DNA of 36,464 nucleotides from Chlamydiota bacterium (GCA_011065235.1 JAAKFB010000001.1:1-36464), one strand, 5' to 3'; counted from the first letter of the stretch, positions 25,772 through 33,627 are shown. Notes: generated by a model from the sequence alone, not told the origin. Program-made: numbers and translations.

Positions 25772-26128
25772 CTAATTTTTTTCACGTCGTTTTTTCCCAC
25801 TTTCAAGTTTTTCATTCAGGCTTTTCCCCATTTCCTTGATCATATCTTTATCCTTCCAATACGTAGTGAAAGAAGATTTCATAATCGCTCTCGTAGCTTC
25901 CGTGTAAGCTTCGTTTATCTCTAGCAATGCTTCATCATCCTCCCCATTTCGGATGCATTCATCGGAGTAAATTAAGCATGCATCCGCTAACCTACGAATG
26001 AGCCGCCATTTGTCTGAATATTCCCACTCAATTTGAGAGGATGCAAAATCCATATCAGGCTTTTCATCTGTCCAATCACTAACCTTTTTCGCCATATATT
26101 GATCGCATCTTTCTTCGTCTTTAATCAT
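25772..26128 (-). CDS. hypothetical protein (118 aa)
   Basis: ORF with ordinary acidic composition. Confidence 0.6.
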   Translation of the reverse strand: MIKDEERCDQYMAKKVSDWTDEKPDMDFASSQIEWEYSDKWRLIRRLADACLIYSDECIRNGEDDEALLEINEAYTEATRAIMKSSFTTYWKDKDMIKEMGKSLNEKLESGKKRREKN

Positions 26129-26137
26129 TTTTTCCCC

Positions 26138-26464
26138 TTAACCTTTTTTGGAAGCTTTGCGCCCTTTGGAGTTTCTTTTTCCCACTTCTTGGCCATATTT
26201 GGTTTGTTGGCATGCATCCACGCTCGCTGTGCTTGCGACTTCATCGGCATTTTCAATCTCCTTTTCTTTCTCTTTCAATAACGATTTTAAGGATTGTGAC
26301 TGATGAATCGTCGATAAATTTTGCTTCTTCGATTCCTCGTCTGATGTTGCATTGTAGGTATCTTCTTGTGGGATACCTACAAAGCCGCGCTGACACCCAA
26401 GGCAGATGCCTGTGTTGTTTACTTGGACGATACCCTTGCATGTTTGACACTCCATAAATTTCAA
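26138..26464 (-). CDS. Zn-ribbon protein (108 aa)
   Basis: CQTC..(13)..CLGC at the N-terminus and a K/E-rich tail. Confidence 0.6.
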   Translation of the reverse strand: MKFMECQTCKGIVQVNNTGICLGCQRGFVGIPQEDTYNATSDEESKKQNLSTIHQSQSLKSLLKEKEKEIENADEVASTASVDACQQTKYGQEVGKRNSKGRKASKKG

Positions 26465-26670
26465 TCTAATTCCTCCATGTACAGCATCTCGCTCAATTCT
26501 TCTAGATTTTTAGCTTCTTGATCTGAAACATCTTCGGCATATTTTAGGCGTTCACGAATGTGTTGTCGGGCTTCCCAGATACAAGAATGAATGTCATGGG
26601 CATGGGTAAATATCTTGAAGTCTTGTTTATCTTCAAACGCATCTCCTTCAAAAATAACTGTCATCTTCAT
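26461..26670 (-). CDS. hypothetical protein (69 aa)
   Basis: ORF coupled by a 4-nt overlap. Confidence 0.55.
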   Translation of the reverse strand: MKMTVIFEGDAFEDKQDFKIFTHAHDIHSCIWEARQHIRERLKYAEDVSDQEAKNLEELSEMLYMEELD

Positions 26671-26671
26671 T

Positions 26672-26851
26672 CTATGGCCATGTGTGTGAAGGACAAGAGA
26701 AACCAGATCTTTCTCTCAACTCTTCGATCTCGCTCTTTTCATCCCCATTACTTCCAGGAATGGGAATATTCTTACCGTTCTTTCTACGGTAAGCGTCTTT
26801 AGGATCTTCGACAAAATGGGAAACATCTGAATGGTTGTATGCGTGGCTCAT
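26672..26851 (-). CDS. small hypothetical protein (59 aa, below the ORF-track cutoff)
   Basis: Hand translation MSHAYNHSDVSHFVEDPKDAYRRKNGKNIPIPGSNGDEKSEIEELRERSGFSCPSHTWP. AAGGAG 6 nt upstream of the ATG at 26851. The stop lies 1 nt before the next start. Confidence 0.55.
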   Translation of the reverse strand: MSHAYNHSDVSHFVEDPKDAYRRKNGKNIPIPGSNGDEKSEIEELRERSGFSCPSHTWP

Positions 26852-27110
26852 TTTTTGCTCCTTAGCGTTTGTTTATCAGCCTCTTTCTATGAGTGCTAAA
26901 GACTTGCGCAAAGGAGTTCTTTTTGTCTTCAAGTGGTCCTAAGACGATACCATTATGGCATATAAGATCTTTCTCCGCGAGTCTGTATTTAGATTTCAGA
27001 CTTCTTTAGCTGAGACTTATTGTTGTTGTGCACCTTCTTTTTTGAAGTGTGTATATTTTCTTTCTCAAACCCTGGTTTGGGGTTAGGTGATTTTTAGCAC
27101 CATAAAATCT

Positions 27111-27296
27111 TCAATACGCGTGTTGCTTTAAAGATTCAACCTCAAAATAAATATGCCTTCCTTCATCGTCTTCTTGTTGGTAAATCCTGGTGATCTTTCG
27201 ATGAGATTTACCTAGGCGATTGGCCTTTTTGATGAGATAATCGAGGTCAGCCATTGTGATCTCTCCTACCAATGTTTTTGCGTGTTCATTGATCAT
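27111..27296 (-). CDS. hypothetical protein (61 aa)
   Basis: ORF with a 4-nt overlap with the rusA stop. Confidence 0.5.
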   Translation of the reverse strand: MINEHAKTLVGEITMADLDYLIKKANRLGKSHRKITRIYQQEDDEGRHIYFEVESLKQHAY

Positions 27297-27742
27297 TCTT
27301 CACCTATTTTTTTGATGAATATTTCGGCTCGTGGATTTGATGAATAGCGCTTTTCGCAATGGATGATAGCGATTTGACTATCGTCGTGGTAAGCGATGCC
27401 ATTCAAGACATCACAATACAACTTTTGAAAGTTATCTGCATCTGGCTTTTTGAAGTGTAAAAGGGTCTCAGGATCGATACCTAGTTTAAACGTCTTCTTA
27501 GCGTCTATCTTTGGTTGAGGAAGGTACACGTACAGCTCCATCTCTATTGGGCCCTTCTCGAACGTTTTAAGGCCCTTCTCGCGCATTTGAGCAGCGAACA
27601 TGTATTTCTTTCCTACCATTAGATTCTCTTGAAGGTCATAAGTCCTTACGAAGTTTCCAATCTTGGTGAACCTGGGGCGTTGCTTCGCTACAGGGGTACT
27701 TGGGTCAGTCAAGTGGATTTCTCCCTCAGTATTTGAGCGCAT
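27293..27742 (-). CDS. rusA: RusA-family Holliday junction resolvase
   Basis: 149 aa. ..VAKQRPRFT.. near the N-terminus and ..KKPDADNFQKLYCDVLNGIAYHDDSQI.. match RusA catalytic-region patterns. Confidence 0.8.
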   Translation of the reverse strand: MRSNTEGEIHLTDPSTPVAKQRPRFTKIGNFVRTYDLQENLMVGKKYMFAAQMREKGLKTFEKGPIEMELYVYLPQPKIDAKKTFKLGIDPETLLHFKKPDADNFQKLYCDVLNGIAYHDDSQIAIIHCEKRYSSNPRAEIFIKKIGEE

Positions 27743-27899
27743 GCTGTCTTTTTGCTTGAGCTACTCGTTCCATATGTCTTTCCTTCCAGGATTTCGCGTA
27801 CCTACGATGACAGATTTTACAAGCTTTCTTGTTTCCATCAGTGAACGCATAAAACTCATTATCCTCTTTCATCTTTAGGCACTTAGAGCATTGGGTCAT
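27726..27899 (-). CDS. small Zn-ribbon protein (start 27899 preferred, 27941 possible)
   Basis: MTQCSKCLKMKEDNEFYAFTDGNKKACKICHRRY.., with two CxxC pairs. Confidence 0.55.
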   Translation of the reverse strand: MTQCSKCLKMKEDNEFYAFTDGNKKACKICHRRYAKSWKERHMERVAQAKRQHALKY

Positions 27900-28209
27900 A
27901 ATATTTATTCCTGTTTTGTCTTCGGATGGAACTTTTGTCACAGAACTTTACTGCCTTTTCTTCCAAGAGATTCGGGTTGAAGTCGTATAGTCTAGCGATT
28001 GCGGCAAGCACGGAGAGCGCTGGTACATCTCGGAAGTATCCGCTCTCGAGATTCTTAAGACGATTACACGTGACGCCGATGAATTCAGCTGCACGGTATT
28101 GCTTAAGGCCAATGGATTCTCTTGCATCTCGGATGATGGTCGGGAAATCACACTCATTCATCTGCTTTCGCAGCGGTTCAATTGCTTCTTCTAAAACGGG
28201 AAAAGCCAT
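27883..28209 (-). CDS. XRE-family helix-turn-helix protein
   Basis: Start set at the ATG at 28209 (GGAGG 8 nt upstream). IRDARESIGLKQYRAAEFIGVTCNRLKNLESG is a classic HTH_XRE pattern. Confidence 0.75.
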   Translation of the reverse strand: MAFPVLEEAIEPLRKQMNECDFPTIIRDARESIGLKQYRAAEFIGVTCNRLKNLESGYFRDVPALSVLAAIARLYDFNPNLLEEKAVKFCDKSSIRRQNRNKYYDPML

Positions 28210-28243
28210 TGGCTGGTCCTCCTTTTTTTTCATGTTCTTAGAG

Positions 28244-29224
28244 TCAAAGTAACCCCCATTTCCTCAAAGCAGAATGGACCTGCTCCTGGAATGCATTTTC
28301 TTTAAATTTTATGGTGAAAGGTTTCCGGGTGCTCGTGGGGTGAGTTGTGTAAATGACTAGAGAGTCCTGTGTTGTAGTCAATTGGACTTGACGCTGGGGA
28401 CCTCTTACGGCATTGAATTCTTCCGCAATACGTTGAGCGTGATCAACATTTGATTCTTGAGCGTCTAGGTTCTCTTGTTTTTTCTTCTTGAGTTCTCGGT
28501 CATTGAGAGCATCGTTTACCCACCGTAAGATCGAACGATAGTCGCTTTTCTTCCACTTGGATTTAGGAGTGTCCATTTTCCATTCGCTTAGGAGTTCGTA
28601 GAGGGATTTTACTCGATCCTCACCGAATGAATTCAAAAGCTTCTCATGCTCAACATCTGTGGTATGGATGTGAAGATTTCTCGGTATTTTTTGTGGAGGT
28701 GAAACGGAAATAGGGGGTTTGGGGGCGCTTGCCCCCTCTCTTTCTTTTGTTAGTCTTTCTTTTGGATAGTCTTTCTTTTGATGGTCTAATGGTTGGACCA
28801 CCCCCTGGTCTAATGGTTGGACCACCCCTGGTCTAATGGTTGGACCACCCCCCACAAAATTTGGACAGACAAATTCAGTCCTTTGGTCTTCTTGATCAAG
28901 TGCATCTTGATATTTTTCATCCAAAGGTTTTTCTATATTCAGACGATATTCGTTGGTTATTGGGCATCCATTTCTTTCTCTTTTGATCATCATGACTAAC
29001 CCACGTTCTTCTAGATTTTTTAGTGAAGAGATAATGCTTTGTTTGGCCATTCCAGTAGCCTTGGTGAGCTGCCTAACAGAGATAAAATCTGATGTTTTAT
29101 GCCATCCAAATATTTTTCTACATAACGTACATAGGGTCTTAAATTCTGTATGAGACAGTCTGTTCATCCAATAGTCAAAAACAACATTTGGAATTGCTGT
29201 GTAGTTGTTTGGTTCGATTGTCAT
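28244..29224 (-). CDS. replication initiator / replisome-organiser-like protein (winged helix N-domain, iterons inside the gene)
   Basis: 326 aa. The N-terminus YTAIPNVVFDYWMNRLSHTEFKTLCTLCRKIFGWHK...SVRQLTKATGMAKQSIISSLKNLEERGLV is wHTH-like. A central linker is encoded by DNA repeats (GVVQPLDQGVVQPLDH). Confidence 0.7.
   Translation of the reverse strand: MTIEPNNYTAIPNVVFDYWMNRLSHTEFKTLCTLCRKIFGWHKTSDFISVRQLTKATGMAKQSIISSLKNLEERGLVMMIKRERNGCPITNEYRLNIEKPLDEKYQDALDQEDQRTEFVCPNFVGGGPTIRPGVVQPLDQGVVQPLDHQKKDYPKERLTKEREGASAPKPPISVSPPQKIPRNLHIHTTDVEHEKLLNSFGEDRVKSLYELLSEWKMDTPKSKWKKSDYRSILRWVNDALNDRELKKKKQENLDAQESNVDHAQRIAEEFNAVRGPQRQVQLTTTQDSLVIYTTHPTSTRKPFTIKFKENAFQEQVHSALRKWGLL
28751..28853. 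promoter_or_regulatory. candidate replication origin: iteron cluster
   Basis: Three tandem copies of tggtctaatggttggaccacccc (28782..28805, 28806..28828, 28829..28853), preceded by two copies of tagtctttcttttg (28751..28764, 28767..28780). An A/T-richer stretch follows at ~28856..28960. Confidence 0.6.
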
Positions 29225-29550
29225 ACGTCACCTCCATCGAAGTTGATGGAGAAACATCGTTTGGGAGGCACTCCAATCACCTTCTTTTCGATTAGCCCAT
29301 GTTCGATCAATTTTTTTATTGCTGTGTCTTGTTCTTTTCTTGACTGAGCAAGCAAATCTTTTGCTGATTCCATTGGAAAGCATATCCATATTTTTTCATA
29401 AGGGGATTCACCGTCATAAAAAGACAACAATATTTCAAAGAAGATCGAGGCTTTGATACTTCCGAGTTTTTTAGCCAAATCGATGTTGTAGTGTGCATAG
29501 ATTCTCTGAATGCTAAGACTTTCTCTAGATTTTTCACGGATGATTGACAT
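29221..29550 (-). CDS. small winged-helix-like protein upstream of the replication initiator
   Basis: Start set at the ATG at 29550 (GGAG 7 nt upstream). ..DTAIKKLIEHGLIEKKVIGVPPKRCFSINF. 4-nt overlap with 28244..29224. Confidence 0.6.
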   Translation of the reverse strand: MSIIREKSRESLSIQRIYAHYNIDLAKKLGSIKASIFFEILLSFYDGESPYEKIWICFPMESAKDLLAQSRKEQDTAIKKLIEHGLIEKKVIGVPPKRCFSINFDGGDV

Positions 29551-29839
29551 TAGATTTCTCCAGTGCATCGAGATGTTTTTGTTGAAAAATATCCTTCCCG
29601 ATGCATAATGGGGATATCTTTCATTGGGGCCATTCCTATTGATTTCTTAGTGAAGGATTTAAAGGGTTTTTCATAGGACTCTCTTTTTTTGGTTAAGCCT
29701 CTCGAGTCACACGGCTTGAGAGGTTTTTTTTTGCTTACGTTCATCCTACTTCATCCATAGAAATATCTTTCTTCATGGAAATAAGATGACTTAAAAGTGT
29801 AGGGTAATGTAGAATGTTCCCAAACCATAGAAGGGGCGA

Positions 29840-29868
29840 GGTATATTTTTGATGGTCTTTAAGGTCAA
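29840..29868 (-). promoter_or_regulatory. candidate sigma70-type promoter for the replication genes
   Basis: On the minus strand: TTGACC (29868..29863), a 17-nt spacer, then TATACC (29845..29840). The -10 element lacks the final T, so the call is weak. Confidence 0.3.
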
Positions 29869-30086
29869 CAAGATATATCTCCTTCTTCAACAAAAAAGCC
29901 TCCTTTTTTGTCTCTCTGCGTTGATGTGGTTGTGTAACAGAAATGCCTTTTCTACAGAGAAAGAGACTCCAAGATGTTCATTATCAACTCTTTGGCTTTG
30001 TAACTGGTATAGGTTCATATCTTCTAGTTGTCCTCGCTCATGGGCAACGCCCAAGGTCTGGGATACCGGGCCTTGTTTGTGCTCCC

Positions 30087-30120
30087 GGTAAGTGAGGGGA
30101 ATGGTTCCTCCTCACTTACC
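30087..30120 (+). terminator. strong hairpin with plus-strand terminator character
   Basis: 11-bp perfect stem ggtaagtgagg / cctcacttacc (30087..30097 and 30110..30120), followed on the plus strand by AAATTTTTCTT. No U-run follows on the minus strand. Confidence 0.5.
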
Positions 30121-30165
30121 AAATTTTTCTTATAAGGCATTGAGACATAAAGGGAAAACTTTTTT

Positions 30166-30399
30166 TCATTTCTTCTTTCTCAAAAAAAACTCATTAAGTA
30201 TCTTTTGCTCAGGGCCTTTAAGCATTTCGTGGAAGGTCACCAATCCATTTGTAGCATGATGTATCTTGTTAGCATAAAGAAGGTTGGGGGTCTTTCTCTT
30301 GTTGGCATATTGGCATACCTGATTCGGAAGTACATTTAACTGTTCCGCGAATTTCGTCCTGGATATCTTATTTCTCCAAAGATATTCGTCTAACTCCAT
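30166..30399 (-). CDS. Cro-like HTH regulator, first gene of the leftward operon
   Basis: Start set at the ATG at 30399 (AGGAG 6 nt upstream). MELDEYLWRNKISRTKFAEQLNVLPNQVCQYANKRKTP.. is HTH-like. It is divergent from the rightward operon. Confidence 0.65.
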   Translation of the reverse strand: MELDEYLWRNKISRTKFAEQLNVLPNQVCQYANKRKTPNLLYANKIHHATNGLVTFHEMLKGPEQKILNEFFLRKKK

Positions 30400-30465
30400 G
30401 TGGTCTCCTGTAGGGCTATTTTTAAGAGGTCGATGCCATCTTACATGTGGCAAGACATGTTTTCA

Positions 30466-30540
30466 ATGATATTTTCTTTATCTTTATGTGGTGAAGAAAT
30501 ATGCGTTCGTATACAATGTGTTGCATAAGGGTGAAGAAAT
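30466..30540. promoter_or_regulatory. divergent promoter/operator region with two direct GGTGAAGAAAT boxes
   Basis: Boxes at 30490..30500 and 30530..30540. Candidate leftward promoter: TTCACC (30495..30490), 18 nt, TATCAT (30471..30466). Candidate rightward -10 TACAAT at 30512..30517 with a poor -35 that overlaps box 1. Confidence 0.4.
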
Positions 30541-30585
30541 GAACGTCTCACCTAGGAACATGATCCACAATAGAAGGAGAACCAC

Positions 30586-31605
30586 ATGTTACAAGAACAC
30601 GTAGAACCAGATGACCTCGTTGAACACACACAAGACATGACCATAACAGATGAAGAGTGGCATGGCATGCATGACAGCCTAAAAGGATTGCTAGATGCGC
30701 TCTATGAAACTGGAGACATCGATAAGGTAGAGGATAACCTAGAAGAAATTTGCTCGTTCTTTGGATACAAGATACCTGCTACGTCTCCAATCGTTTCGAG
30801 CATCAAGAACCAAACCAAAAAGGATAACACTATGACAACACAAATAGCTGTAAGAGATAGCTCAGAGCAAATGCTCGAAGACATTCAGAACACACAGAAA
30901 ATGTGCAAAGCACTCATTGAAACACCTCACTACAGAAAGATGGGAGCAGAGGGTATTTACGCTATCGTTGAGAAATCACGATCCATCGGAGTTAATCCTA
31001 TGGACTCTTTGAATGGTGGAATGTACTTTGTACAAGGCAAAGTTGAGATGTCCGCATTTATGATGAATGGGCTTATTCGGGGAGGTAAGCACAAGCACAG
31101 CATATCCAAGAGCAACAAATCTGACGAAACAATATGTATTCTTCATGGGAAACGTGCAGACAATGGCGACACTTGGGTTGAGTCATTCAGTATTGAGGAT
31201 GCAAAGAAAGCTGGAATCTATAGAAATCAGTGGATTAAATACCCTAAAGATATGCTTTTTGCTCGTGCTTTGAGCCGTCTAGCTAGGCAGTTGTTTCCTG
31301 ATGTTATCAAAGGATGCTATGTACAAGGTGAGATCGAGGAATCTCCTCTACAGCAACATTTGCCAGTTATTGAGATGAAAGAGTCACTACCTGAGATAAT
31401 TTCAGAAGATGAAGCAGAGCACCTTTATGACATGATCGGCACCGACGATAAATACCGCGCTTGTGTTCTTAACTTCCTTCAGTCTGCATACAAGACGAAG
31501 GATTTGAAGAAGATGCCACGAATTCTCTACGAAAAAATAATTCCTGTAGCGACAAGAAAATATGAAGAGAGAAAAGAGATAGTAGACGTGGAGGCAACAG
31601 CATGA
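30586..31605 (+). CDS. recT: RecT/Red-beta-family single-strand annealing protein with an 82-aa acidic N-terminal extension
   Basis: AAGGAG upstream of the ATG at 30586. The core from M83 (nt 30832) has ..IYAIVEKSRSIGVNPMDSLNGGMYFVQGK.. and ..QWIKYPKDMLFARALSRLARQLFPDV.., typical of RecT/Red-beta annealases. It is followed by an exonuclease gene. Confidence 0.75.
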   Translation: MLQEHVEPDDLVEHTQDMTITDEEWHGMHDSLKGLLDALYETGDIDKVEDNLEEICSFFGYKIPATSPIVSSIKNQTKKDNTMTTQIAVRDSSEQMLEDIQNTQKMCKALIETPHYRKMGAEGIYAIVEKSRSIGVNPMDSLNGGMYFVQGKVEMSAFMMNGLIRGGKHKHSISKSNKSDETICILHGKRADNGDTWVESFSIEDAKKAGIYRNQWIKYPKDMLFARALSRLARQLFPDVIKGCYVQGEIEESPLQQHLPVIEMKESLPEIISEDEAEHLYDMIGTDDKYRACVLNFLQSAYKTKDLKKMPRILYEKIIPVATRKYEERKEIVDVEATA

Positions 31606-32438
31606 ACCTACAAGAATATCAAGACTTCGTAAAGTCGCGTAAAAACTACCTGGGAGCCAGCGACGCTCCCGTTATAATGGGTGTGTCTCCTTGGAGCACA
31701 CCCTACCAGCTTTGGCAAGACAAACTAGACTTGGGTCCTGTTAAAGATGACAACTATGCCATGAAGAGGGGGAGAGACCTTGAGCCTATTGCTCGATCTG
31801 CCTACATGGCTGTCACTGGTAATTTGGTTGAGCCCAAGCAGCTTTTTCATCCTAATATCCCGTATATGATGGCTAATTTTGATGGGGTTTCAGAAGACTT
31901 AACCGTAGCTGTTGAAATCAAATGCCCAGGTAAAGAAGATCATGATCTCGCGAAGGATGGTATGGTACCTGTAAAATATTTTCCTCAACTTCAACATCAG
32001 CTTGCAGTTATTGGGATTAATAAGGTAGACTATTTTTCATACAGAGACGATGACGTTGCCCTGGTTACGGTAGAACGAGATGATGAATACATCGAGAAGC
32101 TATACCGGGTAGCAGAAAAGTTTTGGGACTGCGTAGAGTCTTTGACTGCACCACCGTTGGTCGAAAAGGACTACGTAGAACATTCAGATGAAGCTTGGAT
32201 TGAAGCTTCATCTGAATGGTCCCACATTAACGAAGAGATGAATATGCTCAAGGACAAGGAAAAGTTGCTTAGAGAAATATTGATCAACCATGCTGCTGGA
32301 TCGAATTCTAGAGGGAACGGCGTGAAAGTCCAGAAGGTAGTCAGAAAGGGCACCATCGACATGGAAGAGCTTTCAAAGCAGACAGATGTTGAGAAGTTTA
32401 GGAAGCCCCATGTGACTTCTTGGAGGATTTCAAGATGA
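31602..32438 (+). CDS. YqaJ/lambda-exonuclease-like PD-(D/E)XK recombination nuclease
   Basis: LGASDAPVIMGVSPWSTPYQLWQDKL.. and ..FDGVSEDLTVAVEIKCP match the YqaJ pattern. 4-nt overlap with recT. Confidence 0.8.
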   Translation: MNLQEYQDFVKSRKNYLGASDAPVIMGVSPWSTPYQLWQDKLDLGPVKDDNYAMKRGRDLEPIARSAYMAVTGNLVEPKQLFHPNIPYMMANFDGVSEDLTVAVEIKCPGKEDHDLAKDGMVPVKYFPQLQHQLAVIGINKVDYFSYRDDDVALVTVERDDEYIEKLYRVAEKFWDCVESLTAPPLVEKDYVEHSDEAWIEASSEWSHINEEMNMLKDKEKLLREILINHAAGSNSRGNGVKVQKVVRKGTIDMEELSKQTDVEKFRKPHVTSWRISR

Positions 32439-32543
32439 TTGGTATTTTTTTGGTCATATTTCTAGTTTATCTTTTTAGTGGAAATTAAGTTTAGGAGACC
32501 TTAGGAGTGGTAAATTTCATTACTGGGCACAGGAGGTGCTACG

Positions 32544-32627
32544 ATGTGGATTTATGGCGTTATTGGTCTCTTTATGGCAGCGGGCGTATTCCTGATGCAG
32601 TACAGTGACGAACATATCGATCTTTAG
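32544..32627 (+). CDS. mini membrane peptide (27 aa)
   Basis: AGGAGG 7 nt upstream. MWIYGVIGLFMAAGVFLMQYSDEHIDL is one hydrophobic helix. Below the ORF-track cutoff. Confidence 0.4.
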   Translation: MWIYGVIGLFMAAGVFLMQYSDEHIDL

Positions 32628-32655
32628 GGATCGGTATTCAAAAAAGGATGAGATT

Positions 32656-32904
32656 ATGCAGATTGAAGAGCAATTGACGTTTTGGGATGAGCCCCTGACA
32701 CAGGAGACCTTGATGTGGAAAGAAATCCACACACTAAAAGAAAGACAAGGATGCCTACGTAGAGGGTTGTTCCAAAGACATGATCAGCTCAAAAAAGATC
32801 TTAAAGATCTTAAAGATACAGTGAGTGAACTTAAATGTTTGCTCAAGCTGGAACCCAAAACCAAGGTGGTAGAATATGATTTCATTTCCCATGCACATGG
32901 TTAA
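32656..32904 (+). CDS. hypothetical coiled-coil-like protein (82 aa)
   Basis: Start set at the ATG at 32656 (AAGGATGAG upstream). MQIEEQLTFWDEPLTQETLMWKEIHTLKERQ.. Confidence 0.55.
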   Translation: MQIEEQLTFWDEPLTQETLMWKEIHTLKERQGCLRRGLFQRHDQLKKDLKDLKDTVSELKCLLKLEPKTKVVEYDFISHAHG

Positions 32905-33091
32905 TTGGGGTGTTAGGTGTGACATCGCAGTAAAAAACTCTATGGAAACTTATGGAAGACAGTGTAAGGTTTCTGGCGACGATGTTCCAGTTGTAGAGAT
33001 GAATGAGTCAGGAGTGTGCTGTGTGATCTTCAAGGGAGACTTTATCGATTGCACAGCTATTGAGGATTATCTGATGAAAAAGATAGGATGA
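32897..33091 (+). CDS. hypothetical protein (64 aa; start uncertain among 32876, 32891 and 32897)
   Basis: ATGGTTAA overlap with the upstream stop. Cys-containing small protein. Confidence 0.4.
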   Translation: MVNWGVRCDIAVKNSMETYGRQCKVSGDDVPVVEMNESGVCCVIFKGDFIDCTAIEDYLMKKIG

Positions 33092-33208
33092 AAATGTGGA
33101 AATGTTGCCATTTATGTGCTATTGGGTTGCTCAAGCAATATTTACGTGTTTATGTGTAGTTGATTCATTAAAATACAGGAAACTCCAAAATGGAAAATAG
33201 GTGAATTT

Positions 33209-33403
33209 ATGGATTTTGATATTATTTTTACAGTTGTTGCCTCAAGTCTCTCTGTTATCGGTGTAAACTTGGTCATTTTTTCTTGGTTTAGATCAGACAT
33301 GAAAATATTTGAGGTTGAAATACGCTCTTGGAAAGAAGAAATTAATCAAGAAATGAAAGATTTCCACGGACGTCTATGCACAATTGAAGAGAGGAGAAAG
33401 TAA
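33209..33403 (+). CDS. small single-pass membrane protein with a charged helical tail (64 aa)
   Basis: N-terminal hydrophobic helix IIFTVVASSLSVIGVNLVIFSWF, followed by RSDMKIFEVEIRSWKEEINQEMKDF.. Confidence 0.55.
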   Translation: MDFDIIFTVVASSLSVIGVNLVIFSWFRSDMKIFEVEIRSWKEEINQEMKDFHGRLCTIEERRK

Positions 33404-33495
33404 TGGCATGGTTTCAGATTTTAGCACTATTTTTTTTGCTAATGGACGATTGAAGAAAGCAAAAACGAAGAATAAACAACACATAAGGTAATCGC

Positions 33496-33627
33496 ATGGA
33501 GTGGATCCCTATCATTATTATTTCAATGCTGAACGTCACTTTTTTTGGAGGTCTCGTACTATGGGTACGGATTGATCGACTGAAGAGCGAAATTATAGAG
33601 CTCAGTCGTCGTATAGCTGACAGGTGA
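33496..33627 (+). CDS. small single-pass membrane protein (43 aa), same architecture as 33209..33403
   Basis: Hand translation MEWIPIIIISMLNVTFFGGLVLWVRIDRLKSEIIELSRRIADR. AAGG upstream. It lies antisense to the listed 97-aa minus ORF. Confidence 0.45.
   Translation: MEWIPIIIISMLNVTFFGGLVLWVRIDRLKSEIIELSRRIADR

Noticed and set aside
27066-27085. Palindrome CAAACCCTGGTTTG after the 61-aa gene, considered as a terminator
   Set aside because: The loop is too tight for a hairpin (2 nt) and no U-run follows. It may be a protein-binding palindrome, but there is no supporting context.
29316-29744. ORFs 29316..29537 (-) and 29550..29744 (-)
   Set aside because: The first is an alternative frame inside the 109-aa winged-helix gene. 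The second has no convincing RBS, has a basic low-complexity translation, and overlaps the likely promoter/leader region.
32520-32732. 70-aa minus-strand ORF
   Set aside because: It lies antisense to a plus-strand mini-ORF with a perfect AGGAGG and to the start of 32656..32904, and it is Cys/Ser-rich without an RBS.
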